Source: an uncultured Gammaproteobacteria bacterium
Lineage (GTDB): Bacteria; Patescibacteriota; Patescibacteriia; UBA1558; 2-01-FULL-52-15
Assembly (NCBI GenBank): GCA_964402565.1
Contig: CAYOCJ010000001.1
Location: 568,823 to 632,822, forward strand
Direction: 5' to 3'
DNA length: 64,000 nt
The notes under the pieces are model-generated. The model saw only the letters and a list, made by a program, of their open reading frames with translations. It was not told the DNA's origin and searched no databases. Every line of letters starts with the position of its first letter. The first letter of the stretch is position 1. The position numbers and the translations under genes are program-made. Below, piece after piece: positions 18,643-28,119 of the stretch.

Positions 18643-19263
18643 CTAGCCGGTTGTCGTGGCTAATTCAAGTCTGCCCGTCGTAGACGGAACATCAACACGA
18701 TACTGCGTTTCCCAGTTTGTCGATCCTTCGGTCCATGCAGACGTGCTCGTCGCGCCGCTCCACATGGTCTGAGACATGCGCACCGCATCATCATTCGTAA
18801 GATACGCTTCGAACTTATAATCGCTCTGTCCGGCAGCGCTAATAACAACGACGACCTTTTTCGTATATTTATCATTGACGCCGCTTCCGATGGCGCCCGT
18901 AGCCAAATCTCTCTGGACTGAACTGATATAGATAGACCTGGTCAAGCCGCTTCGAACCTCAGTTCCTGTACTGATCACCCAGTCGCCGCTTGCATTCTTA
19001 TCCAGGCGGACCGATGTCGCTGAGTCATACGAATCACCTCCGTCATTCGCTTCCAATGAGCCCCAATTTCTATCAGAGATGATCTCTAAAGCTTCCATAG
19101 CATCGTCAGCGAATCGGGCTTTTTTTTGTATATCTCCAGTCCCGGTGAATGCAGAATAACTGCCTGTTGCAAGGTAGGTAATGCCGGCGCCGAGGATCAA
19201 AAATACCCCGATTGCTATAGTCATTTCTATCAGTGAAAATCCTTTAGTACAAAGCGTAGCCAT
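18643..19263 (-). CDS. PilV/GspI-like minor pilin
   Basis: TKG|FSLIEMTIAIGV; TRSIYISSVQRD...TKKVVVVIS. Confidence 0.85.
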   Translation of the reverse strand: MATLCTKGFSLIEMTIAIGVFLILGAGITYLATGSYSAFTGTGDIQKKARFADDAMEALEIISDRNWGSLEANDGGDSYDSATSVRLDKNASGDWVISTGTEVRSGLTRSIYISSVQRDLATGAIGSGVNDKYTKKVVVVISAAGQSDYKFEAYLTNDDAVRMSQTMWSGATSTSAWTEGSTNWETQYRVDVPSTTGRLELATTTG

Positions 19264-19288
19264 AGAGATAGTATATCACGCGCGCATC

Positions 19289-20551
19289 TTAATAATAATC
19301 TGCATAACCGGTGCTATCCATTTGTATGGTTGTCGTCGATACACCGTTCGCGACATAGATTTTTGAAGGTACAAACTCATTCGTGGTTGTTGTCCTGGAA
19401 AAAATGGAAAGACCTCGTATCTGCTGGGGTGTGAGCGGACGGTCATATACAAATACATCATCAAGATATGCCTGGGAATTCATGCGGTTTGTATTGTCTG
19501 AATTAAGGCCTATATAGCTTTCATTCATTGACTCCCCCGAGCAGGTAACGGTAGTCGCTGCTGCCTCATCACCATCAATATACAATTTTAATTTAGAACT
19601 AGATGCATCATACGTTGCGGCAATATGGTACCAGCTAGCTACCACAAGAGGATTCGAAGCAACCGCAGTATAGTAATCATGGCCATCGTAACATACTGCG
19701 GTCGGTTTATTTGATGCATCAATATAGATGCCTCCGGACTTGTAGTAAGCATCCGTAGTGGTCTGCGATCCGCCAATAAGCGCAGACTGTATATAGGAGC
19801 CGGTGGTTCCGACCTCCATTGCATAGGTAAAGCCGGTGCTTGCCTGATGGCCAAGAATGGTATTTGGAATATCGATCTGCTCGCCTGTTCCTGAATTTGC
19901 GACCGTTGTTTGCCGCGACCCTGAACCGCCATTAAAGCCGACTGAATATGCTGGCTGAAAATACAAAGTGCCCGATGCAGTATTATTATTCCCTGAAACA
20001 TCGAACAGATCTTGAAATGCGTACCATCCGAAATCCGGATAAAATCTGGTCATTGAATATGACTCCATCGAATAGCGCGCCACTGGGTTCGGCGGCAGAC
20101 CATAGGTGTTCATCAGATACCCTGAGTAACGCTCAAAATACGGGTCTATGCCTTCAAGATCGGTCAGGTAATTATTTGCCCGAAGGGTAACGCGTGTATC
20201 GTAGCTGCTGTCACGCGAGGCAAAATCAGTACCTTTGAAAAGCACGACGCAATCGACGGCGGTTGAAGACCCGCAATCGGTAGTGCCATTGTCCACGAGA
20301 TGTATGCCCCAATTTTCATGTTCTCGATTCGAAACTGCATACTGCCTGCCGGTCTCGAGCAAATGGACAATGTCCCGTGCATCATCAACGGTCTGGTCAG
20401 CCCCGGTCGCGAAACTATTGATGAATCGCGGCACAAAGGCTCTGAGCAAGAGCATGACAACGGCAAGAACAACGATCATCTCGAGCAAGGTAAAGCCCGC
20501 ATTTCCAGAGTGATTCTTATATGTTCGCATGCGCCTCCGCAACATAACCAA
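19289..20551 (-). CDS. FimT/GspH-like minor pilin with an inserted LamG (ConA-like) domain
   Basis: NAG|FTLLEMIVVL; WYHIAATYD, KLYIDG, LDDVFVYDRPLT. Confidence 0.88.
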   Translation of the reverse strand: MVMLRRRMRTYKNHSGNAGFTLLEMIVVLAVVMLLLRAFVPRFINSFATGADQTVDDARDIVHLLETGRQYAVSNREHENWGIHLVDNGTTDCGSSTAVDCVVLFKGTDFASRDSSYDTRVTLRANNYLTDLEGIDPYFERYSGYLMNTYGLPPNPVARYSMESYSMTRFYPDFGWYAFQDLFDVSGNNNTASGTLYFQPAYSVGFNGGSGSRQTTVANSGTGEQIDIPNTILGHQASTGFTYAMEVGTTGSYIQSALIGGSQTTTDAYYKSGGIYIDASNKPTAVCYDGHDYYTAVASNPLVVASWYHIAATYDASSSKLKLYIDGDEAAATTVTCSGESMNESYIGLNSDNTNRMNSQAYLDDVFVYDRPLTPQQIRGLSIFSRTTTTNEFVPSKIYVANGVSTTTIQMDSTGYADYY

Positions 20552-20562
20552 AACAAGTTTTT

Positions 20563-21771
20563 TTATTGATGGATCCCTCCGATGATATTGCCGATCGGCA
20601 GGATGATGGACAGAGCCATAAAGGCAACCAAAAAACCAATGACCAGCAGGAGCACCGGCTCCAGAATGGTCGAGAGATTCTTCGAAAAAGAGTCAAGCTC
20701 ATCTTCATAGAACTCTGCCAGGTATTCGAAGGTTTCTGATAGATTTCCCGAAAGCTCTCCGACATTGATCATTTTCGTAACTAATGAGGGGAAAAAATGA
20801 GGGTACCGATGCAAGGTAACCGAGAGTGCTGTTCCCTTACGAACTTCCACCAGCATGGCTGCCACGCGATCCTGATACAGCGAATTGCTTAATGCGCGGG
20901 TCATGATGTCGAGCGACTCGTCGATGGTCAGTCCTCCCTGAAGCATCAATGCCATGGAACGGTTGAAGTTTGCCAGATTCGAGGTTTTACTGAATTGATG
21001 GCTAATCGGCAGATGATATACCAGCCAATGAATGTAGCGTTTGGTTTTCGGCAGTTTATTCGCGACGATCACAGCCACGATAGACCCGACAGCCGCAACG
21101 GTCACCAGGTACCAATACTTTTGCGAGAATGTCGCCACGACGATGAAAATTTTGGTCACCAATGGCAGAGCGACATTCAATGATTTGAACAATTGCAAAA
21201 ATTTCGGCAGGATGAAAATCGACAGCGTGATACCAAGGCCGCCTAATGCGATGATCACGATCGCCGGGTACATCATGGCCGACTGGATCTTGGAATGCAG
21301 GTCATGGTCCTTCTTCAGCTTGACGCTGAGGTTGATCAAATTCCTTTCCAAAGAACCGCTCTGCTCACCGATCTTCACCATGTTCACGAAAAATTCATTG
21401 AATGTGTACGGGAATAGGCGCAAGCCGTCAGAAAGCTCACTCCCTTTTCTCACGAGTTCAAGCAAACGCCGCAGGATCGATTTCATTCGTCCGCGCGACT
21501 GCTCATATAACGCTTCAATGCTCTCATCCAATACCATGCCTGACTTGATCATCAGGGATAAATGCTTGACGAAGAGCATCTTTTCTTTCAGCGGAACGAT
21601 GCCGAAGCCAGACAATGGCCGCTTGTGATATTTCTTGGAAACTGATTCCAGCGACTGCACGTCATAGCCCTGCTGCATCAATGAAAAATGCGCCTGCTTC
21701 AAATTTTCAGCATCGATATCCCCTTGGAAGATCTGCTTATTTTTATCGAGTACTCGATAATGGAATTGCAT
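20563..21771 (-). CDS. pilC: Type IV pilus platform protein PilC/GspF
   Basis: GEQSGSLE, AMMYP, GELSGNL and LEPVLL; two T2SSF domains. Confidence 0.95.
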   Translation of the reverse strand: MQFHYRVLDKNKQIFQGDIDAENLKQAHFSLMQQGYDVQSLESVSKKYHKRPLSGFGIVPLKEKMLFVKHLSLMIKSGMVLDESIEALYEQSRGRMKSILRRLLELVRKGSELSDGLRLFPYTFNEFFVNMVKIGEQSGSLERNLINLSVKLKKDHDLHSKIQSAMMYPAIVIIALGGLGITLSIFILPKFLQLFKSLNVALPLVTKIFIVVATFSQKYWYLVTVAAVGSIVAVIVANKLPKTKRYIHWLVYHLPISHQFSKTSNLANFNRSMALMLQGGLTIDESLDIMTRALSNSLYQDRVAAMLVEVRKGTALSVTLHRYPHFFPSLVTKMINVGELSGNLSETFEYLAEFYEDELDSFSKNLSTILEPVLLLVIGFLVAFMALSIILPIGNIIGGIHQ

Positions 21772-21772
21772 A

Positions 21773-23446
21773 CTATCCTCGTACTACTCTTATTATTTCT
21801 TCAATGCTGGTCTTCCCGACCAGCACTTTCTCGAGTCCATCCTCTACCATGGTAATCATACCATGTTCGCGTGCAACCTGGCGGATCTGGTCAGCATTCG
21901 CTTTCGACACGATCAGTTCGCGAATCGCATCATCCATCGGCAATACCTCGAAAATACCGATACGACCCTGATACCCGGTTTGGCTGCAGAATGAGCACCC
22001 TTTGCCCTTATACGTACGAGCCTGGCCTTCATACACGTACTTAGAAATATCGACATCGGCACCAAAGAGCTTCGCTAATTCAGTCTCAGAAACGCTTTCA
22101 CTTGCAATGCATTTCGAGCAAATTTTGCGGACGAGGCGCTGGGCGATGATAATGTCGATGGTCGACGCGATCAGGAACGGCTCGACATGCATATCATAGA
22201 GTCGCGGCAACGTGGTCGCCGCATCGTTCGTATGCAAGGTCGAAAGCACCAAATGACCGGTCATAGCAGCATTGATCGCAATGGCAGCTGTTTCCTCATC
22301 GCGAATTTCACCGACCATGATGATGTCAGGATCTTGGCGGAGCAAGGAGCGAAGACCTGCAGCGAAGGTGAGGTTTGTTTTCGGATTGACCTGGATCTGA
22401 TTCATGCCATCCAGGTAGTATTCGACCGGATCCTCAATAGTAGAAATATTGACTTCTCTGCTATTCACGATGAGCAGCAACGCATACAAAGTCGTCGTTT
22501 TACCGCTGCCGGTAGGCCCGGTGGACAGTATCATGCCATGAGGCTTTGCAATGGCATCACGCACCAGCTGCAAACCATGCTGCGAAAGGCCTAATTCCTC
22601 GAGCGAGGTCAGGCGGGAGTCGGGCGCCAATAAACGCATGACCACTTTCTCGCCTTGCGTTGTCGGCAAAATCGAAACACGAATATCGATGTCTGCTTTA
22701 TCAATGGACATCATCATTTTGCCGTCCTGTGCTGAACGGTGTTCATCGGTTCTGAGCTTGCTCAAAATCTTGATACGCGTGATGATCAGGTCGTGAATAG
22801 CCATAGGCAAAGTGAGCACATCGTGGAGAATGCCGTCAATTCTGAAACGGATCAGCACATCTTCTTTGTGCGGTTCGATATGAATATCTGAAGCTTTATT
22901 TTGGAAGCCATATGCCACGAGCGTATCTACGATCTTGATAACCGACACATCCTCTGCCCGGGCGCCCCGCGCCTTGAGCGCATTGACCTTAATGATCTCC
23001 TCAAATTGCAATTTGATGCTTTTTCGGTACTGAACCAGAGCCTGCTCGATCAAAAGCTCAGGGCAATAGTACGGTATAACGTGTTCACCGGTCTTCTTTT
23101 CCATCATTTTGATGAACTCGTAATCCTCGGGGTCAGACATTGCCAGTTTCAAGCCTTCGGCATCACGGCGGAATGCAAGTACGAAGCGTTTGCGGGCGAC
23201 CACTTCGGGTATTTCAGTAAGCGTTTCCGGAACAATAGCTTCTTTTCGCAGGTCGATAAATTTGACCTTATAATAATTGGCAAGTAATTGGCCGATCTGG
23301 TCTGCTTTAACGACATTCCGTTCTATCAAAACATCGGTCAAACGTTTCTGTTCACGGTCAACGATACTTAATGCCTCAGAAAGCACTTCAGGGCTTGCGA
23401 GGTTCACTTTTTGTATGATCTGTACTATGGCTTCTTTAGATAGCAT
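21773..23446 (-). CDS. pilB: Type IV pilus extension ATPase PilB/GspE
   Basis: ASDIHIEP, GPTGSGKTTT, RQDPDIIMVGEIRD, GHLVLSTLHTND and a tetra-Cys motif. Confidence 0.96.
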   Translation of the reverse strand: MLSKEAIVQIIQKVNLASPEVLSEALSIVDREQKRLTDVLIERNVVKADQIGQLLANYYKVKFIDLRKEAIVPETLTEIPEVVARKRFVLAFRRDAEGLKLAMSDPEDYEFIKMMEKKTGEHVIPYYCPELLIEQALVQYRKSIKLQFEEIIKVNALKARGARAEDVSVIKIVDTLVAYGFQNKASDIHIEPHKEDVLIRFRIDGILHDVLTLPMAIHDLIITRIKILSKLRTDEHRSAQDGKMMMSIDKADIDIRVSILPTTQGEKVVMRLLAPDSRLTSLEELGLSQHGLQLVRDAIAKPHGMILSTGPTGSGKTTTLYALLLIVNSREVNISTIEDPVEYYLDGMNQIQVNPKTNLTFAAGLRSLLRQDPDIIMVGEIRDEETAAIAINAAMTGHLVLSTLHTNDAATTLPRLYDMHVEPFLIASTIDIIIAQRLVRKICSKCIASESVSETELAKLFGADVDISKYVYEGQARTYKGKGCSFCSQTGYQGRIGIFEVLPMDDAIRELIVSKANADQIRQVAREHGMITMVEDGLEKVLVGKTSIEEIIRVVRG

Positions 23447-23458
23447 GGCATTGTTTCA

Positions 23459-24058
23459 TTAAAATTGCTGCGCTCCGCATTGAGGACAAAATTTAACGCC
23501 TTTATCAAGCTTGGTCCCGCACTCCGGACAAAAATTATGCGCTGAACTTTGCTTTGGCCGAGAAGGTGCTGCTGCAGCAGGCTGTTCAACTGGCTGTACA
23601 ACAGGCGCCTTTTCTACTGAAGGTGACTGAGTAGCCGCAGCAACAGGTGTTTTCACAACAGCTGGAGCTTTCGGCTTAACCTTGCTCATGTGCAGGTGAT
23701 AGTCGATGCGTTCAGCGATGATATCAAGCGTCGTATTATCTTTGACCAGGTACTCCACAGCACCAAGATCAAGCGCTCGCTTCTGGTCATCGCTCTGAGC
23801 TAAATTTGAAAGAATGATGACCGGTATAGAGCTGAGCTCATCTGATCGCTGAAGATCAGTAAGTACTTCGAAGCCGCTCTTCTTCGGCATGATAAGGTCC
23901 AGGATCACACAGTCCGGCTTCAAAGTCATGATCTTCTGAAGACCGTCTTCGCCGTCGACGGCCAATTCAACGTCAAAGCCCTTATCATGCAGCTCCGCTT
24001 GGTAGACTTTGCGGAGGAAGCTGTCATCATCAATGAAAAGAACGGTGCCTTTACTCAT
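23459..24058 (-). CDS. Response regulator: REC domain, Pro/Ala linker and double zinc ribbon
   Basis: IDDD, VILDLIMP (phosphoacceptor Asp), SN, YLVK; C-terminal FCPECGTK...FCPQCGAQ. Confidence 0.9.
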   Translation of the reverse strand: MSKGTVLFIDDDSFLRKVYQAELHDKGFDVELAVDGEDGLQKIMTLKPDCVILDLIMPKKSGFEVLTDLQRSDELSSIPVIILSNLAQSDDQKRALDLGAVEYLVKDNTTLDIIAERIDYHLHMSKVKPKAPAVVKTPVAAATQSPSVEKAPVVQPVEQPAAAAPSRPKQSSAHNFCPECGTKLDKGVKFCPQCGAQQF

Positions 24059-25626
24059 ACGATATGTTCAAAAAGTACTCGATGATTCACGATCGTTACC
24101 GGTATACCCTCCTCAGATACTGCTGCGCTCGAAACAAGCTTGCTTTTTTGAACCACCGGCAGACTCTGTGCCAATAACTCCTGCTCCTGAACTCCTGACG
24201 GTAAAAAGAGAGCACATCGGCGTCCTTCATGAACCACAATAGCTACTGCAACCGCATGCAATGCTGAGGCGTCTGCCCCATCGACGAATGCGCCGATAGT
24301 GCGCACCGGGACCTTTGCATTTCGATAGCGATACTCCGTCGGAACTGCGCCATCGGAAGGTAATTGTATAATTTTTTCTACCGTAAATAAAGGCAATGCA
24401 AGATAGTAGGCGCCCCATTGCCAGGTCAATGCACGGAACAGCGTGGGAGCCAATGGAACAATCAATTCAAAGGTTGTGCCCTTATTCTTTCCCCGGTTCG
24501 CGCTTCGCATTTCCATCGTGCCATGCAAGCCTTCCAGCACGCTTCGTACAAAAGGAAGGCCGACCCCGCGACCTGAAACCAACGATGCCTGTTCCCGGGA
24601 GCTGACACCTGCGCCTATTAAGAACTGCATGCGAAGCTCAGGCTTCATTTTCATCAGTTTCTGCTTCGTAGTCCGGTTATTTCGCAAAACAGATCGTTCC
24701 AGAGCGTCCCAATCAATGCCATGTCCCGTATCGCTCACCATGACATGCATGGCGCCTGCCCGCAGGTCGAATGACAGCCGAATAACTCCGGTGTCTCCTT
24801 CGCGGAATCCATGGTCAACGGCATTTTTGATAAGCTGTACGCAGGCCTCCCGCAGTGCTTCCAGGACCTGCGATTCAAAACGCATGTCATGGTCTTTGAA
24901 TTCGAAGGTGATGAATTTCTTTTGCTGCCTTGAGAGATCACGCACGAGCCGTGATAAGAATGCGAAATATTGGCGTACCGGAATAAGTTTCATGTCGATG
25001 ATCGCTTTTCTCAGATCACTGGCATGCGTGGCGAGATTATAAAGGCCGACCTTGAGCGCACCGATATCGTTCGAATGTAGAACGCGCTGCAATTGCTGCT
25101 GGGAAATCACAATATCATTGACCAATGCATACGCATTTTCCAATTCTGCAGAACTAATGTCTACATACGAACTTAACGGTGCGTATATTGAGCTGGTGGT
25201 ATCGCTCGTTGTTTGCGCCTGAGGCGCCGCCTGATCTGCCGCGCGAGTTTTTTTCCCTGATGGCCGCAAAGTGAATGCAATAGCAGGCCCGAGGTCTATT
25301 TCACTATCTGACTCGCGGATGCTATCAAGGTTGCGCCGGAACGCATCAATCGCCATAAAGCATGCGTCAAGACTGTCGCTCCCCAGCGACCGATTCCCCT
25401 GACGAACTCCGATGAACAAATCCTCTACTTGGTGCAATGCATTTGCCAGCGCCTGGTAATTCATGGTCGCCGCATCACCTTTGAGCGCATGCAATTGCTG
25501 CAGAATCGCATCGATCCCTTTCTTGTCATGAGGATTTTTTTCAAGAAGTATCAGCACATCCTCAAGATGCTTCAATTTGAGCGCTGCCTCGGACAAAAAG
25601 AGCTGCTTGTACTGGCTTACGTGCAT
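24055..25626 (-). CDS. cheA: CheA-like histidine kinase (Hpt, dimerisation, HATPase, CheW-like P5; no P2 evident)
   Basis: QLHALKGDAATM (Hpt His), QLIKNAVDHG, SDTGHGID, VSGRGVGL, GTTFELIVP. Confidence 0.88.
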   Translation of the reverse strand: MHVSQYKQLFLSEAALKLKHLEDVLILLEKNPHDKKGIDAILQQLHALKGDAATMNYQALANALHQVEDLFIGVRQGNRSLGSDSLDACFMAIDAFRRNLDSIRESDSEIDLGPAIAFTLRPSGKKTRAADQAAPQAQTTSDTTSSIYAPLSSYVDISSAELENAYALVNDIVISQQQLQRVLHSNDIGALKVGLYNLATHASDLRKAIIDMKLIPVRQYFAFLSRLVRDLSRQQKKFITFEFKDHDMRFESQVLEALREACVQLIKNAVDHGFREGDTGVIRLSFDLRAGAMHVMVSDTGHGIDWDALERSVLRNNRTTKQKLMKMKPELRMQFLIGAGVSSREQASLVSGRGVGLPFVRSVLEGLHGTMEMRSANRGKNKGTTFELIVPLAPTLFRALTWQWGAYYLALPLFTVEKIIQLPSDGAVPTEYRYRNAKVPVRTIGAFVDGADASALHAVAVAIVVHEGRRCALFLPSGVQEQELLAQSLPVVQKSKLVSSAAVSEEGIPVTIVNHRVLFEHIV

Positions 25627-26051
25627 ATATAGGTAGTGATAAGTTTCGGAATGTCGATGATGGTGATCTTCCTTTTTTGATGGTCGGTATATCTGAGCGT
25701 ACAGGCGAGCAATGGTTTTTTAAAATCAGCCATGCGCGGATTTGCTATCAGCTGCCCGACTTTTTCAACTCGAATCGCATAGTACGCGCCTTCATGCCTG
25801 ACGATCACTGCCTGATTCGCATTTCGCGAAACTCCCAGATTCATGATAGGCGCACAGTCGACCACGGTCATCAATTGGCCGAGCATATAGCCCAAGCCAA
25901 GTACTGACCGAGATCGATTGCCGGGGATCGTCGTGATCTGCGCAAGCGCAGTGACGCCATCGACTTGATCGACCGGCAATGCATACCAGCGGTCTTGTAT
26001 CGTAAATGGAAGTAAGGTGGTGATTTTTTTTATGGTTGCCATTTTGATCAT
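25617..26051 (-). CDS. cheW: CheW-like coupling protein
   Basis: YALPVDQV, ITTIPG, VLGL..GQLMTVVD, YAIRVEKV, IIDIPKLI. Confidence 0.8.
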   Translation of the reverse strand: MIKMATIKKITTLLPFTIQDRWYALPVDQVDGVTALAQITTIPGNRSRSVLGLGYMLGQLMTVVDCAPIMNLGVSRNANQAVIVRHEGAYYAIRVEKVGQLIANPRMADFKKPLLACTLRYTDHQKRKITIIDIPKLITTYICT

Positions 26052-27937
26052 TTTCGAGATCCAATAAGCGATCCTAATCGCTGTACGATCACGCTTAACT
26101 TAGAGACCGCGGTACTGTTCGTCTTTATGCCTTTTTTCTGTTCTACCGAAACTGCTTGTATTCTCGTGGCTTCGCGCAGCGTTGATTTCGCTTGCGTATG
26201 GAGGTCAGTCATGCGTAATGCGATCTGGCTGGTGCTTTCAGACTGCTTTGCAACCTGTTTGTCGATAGCCTGTACACTCAACGCAATTTGCATTGCATCT
26301 TTCGACATCTTATTCAAGCTTTCCAGAGCGCGCGTAATGACTGTGAGGCTGTCGACCGCTTCAGAGCGTTCCCGCGATGATGCTTCCTTGCTGCGAAGCA
26401 GCTGTTGCTGTATGGACTTAACCAGCTCATTGATATGCTCGCTGGCCTCTCTGCTCAGCAATGAGAGCTTGCCTACTTCCGATGCAAGGCTCGAAACGCT
26501 ATGCATGCCGCGGTCCGTAGAGCTTGCTTCGATCGTAGCATTTAAACTTGCGTACGTCGTAGCCTGTGCAAGCGAACGAACATCGGCAGCGATCGAATCT
26601 ACTTGTTCGCTATACCTGCCGAGAGTAGTAATGAGCCCTTCGTGGGCTGTTGCAAGCTTCTTAATGCTCGCAATGCTCGTACGCGCCTCCTCTGCGTCAC
26701 GCTGGCCTTTGACTGCCAAGGCATCGATCAACTGTACACTGGCTGCCGCTTTCGCCGTTAATTTCCGGATATCCGCAAGCGAATCGGCGATCTTGGTCCC
26801 ATCAGTATCAACAGCTTTCATATTCTTCAATTGGTCCTTATAGTTCGTGAGCAAGCTCGTTGCAACAGCTTCCTGCGAGATCATGGTCGCCTCTGCCGTT
26901 GCAATGCCTGACTGTATGGCTCCGGTCGACGAGGTAATATCGGTGATGGTTTTAAAAATCGGCTTCACCAAAATACGGCTGATGAGCCCGACGAAAATAT
27001 ATAAAATGCCGAGCATCAAAATAAGCGAACCAATATAGGTCAAAAGCTGTAAACGCTCCTGCTCTTTCAGCCTCCCGATAATTTCATTGCGATCGACCAT
27101 GGTGACGAGGTACTGGGGAGAACCTGCGATCGAGACCGGCGAAATATGTATCATGACGGTATGCCCTGCGAAGGTCGTTTGCGCGATAATGCCATTGTTC
27201 GGCCTGCTTTGCTCGAGCCATGCAGACAGCGGAACGGTTGCCGCTCCCTGATCCGGAATTCCCAGATCAAAAGGCTGAGTTATCAAAACGCCAGTCGTAT
27301 CCGTCAGAAAAATATCCGCGTGTTTTGCAAGCCGGTCAGTGTCGATCGCGGCGTCAGATCCTACGCCTTGGAGCGCAAATGCTTGATCGCTGACGCCTTC
27401 AGCGAGGAACTCGTCAATATCTTGAATGGGATAGCGGATGACGATCCATTGATTCCCGGTGTCGACGCGTCTGCCTATGAAAACCGAATCCTTCGAAAAA
27501 TGAACCGCAGATTGCAGGTCAGTCGGCTGCGGGACCCATAAGTCTGATTCATTGGTGCTGAGCTGATACTGCGTCTGCAGCGAGCCGCTCGAAGAGATGC
27601 CATATATGATGCCGCGCGAAGCAAGGCCGCTTTGATCCCGCACTACCCCAGCAAGCGCCTGATCAAGAGCTTTCGGCGATGTCAGGCCTGATTCACGGGC
27701 TTCGGTCTGCAATGCGATAGCTTCAGCAATTTTTTGCCGTTCATCGAGATAGCGTCTGATCTGAGATGCTTTGACCGATGAAAAAAGCCCAAGCTCCCGC
27801 TGTGCCGAAAGAATGATCGCCTGTCGTTGGAAATAATAGCCAAGACTGCCCACTATGCATGCCGGAAAAATACCAGCCACCAAAAACCACAGTGCAAATA
27901 TGGCATTTAACCTGCTATTGGCTCTCTCGATCATCAT
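26048..27937 (-). CDS. Divergent methyl-accepting chemotaxis protein (TM, Cache-like sensor, TM, signalling coiled coil)
   Basis: Two TM helices flank a ~260-aa extracellular region. LAQATTYASLNATIEAS...LASEVGKLS aligns with the MCP hairpin consensus. Confidence 0.8.
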   Translation of the reverse strand: MMIERANSRLNAIFALWFLVAGIFPACIVGSLGYYFQRQAIILSAQRELGLFSSVKASQIRRYLDERQKIAEAIALQTEARESGLTSPKALDQALAGVVRDQSGLASRGIIYGISSSGSLQTQYQLSTNESDLWVPQPTDLQSAVHFSKDSVFIGRRVDTGNQWIVIRYPIQDIDEFLAEGVSDQAFALQGVGSDAAIDTDRLAKHADIFLTDTTGVLITQPFDLGIPDQGAATVPLSAWLEQSRPNNGIIAQTTFAGHTVMIHISPVSIAGSPQYLVTMVDRNEIIGRLKEQERLQLLTYIGSLILMLGILYIFVGLISRILVKPIFKTITDITSSTGAIQSGIATAEATMISQEAVATSLLTNYKDQLKNMKAVDTDGTKIADSLADIRKLTAKAAASVQLIDALAVKGQRDAEEARTSIASIKKLATAHEGLITTLGRYSEQVDSIAADVRSLAQATTYASLNATIEASSTDRGMHSVSSLASEVGKLSLLSREASEHINELVKSIQQQLLRSKEASSRERSEAVDSLTVITRALESLNKMSKDAMQIALSVQAIDKQVAKQSESTSQIALRMTDLHTQAKSTLREATRIQAVSVEQKKGIKTNSTAVSKLSVIVQRLGSLIGSRK

Positions 27938-27944
27938 GTGTTAC

Positions 27945-28095
27945 AAAATAAAAAATCGACCAACTATAGCCGATCAGGACATAAGCAGGTGCAACCCCGG
28001 CGCACGCGAACCTGCTCGTTTTTTTTGTGCATAGATTAGCTTATCTTTTGTTTTAATTTCGATTTTATTATACTCATTTCTCAAAAAAAACACAA
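27945..28095 (-). promoter_or_regulatory. Promoter (TTGTGT-17-TATAAT) and structured 5' leader of the che-pil operon, with a terminator-like hairpin just before the MCP start
   Basis: TATAAT at 28072-28067; hairpin GAGCAGGT...ACCTGCTT (28017-27983); AUCGGCUA-UAGU-UGGUCGAU followed by a U-tract (27974-27945). Confidence 0.5.
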
Positions 28096-28119
28096 ACCCC
28101 TTTGCACCCTGCTGCTTTC

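Noticed and set aside
9831-23446. Type II secretion system
   Set aside because: No secretin or GspC/M. PilM-like protein, adhesin-bearing pilins and a sortase (monoderm) favour a type IV pilus.
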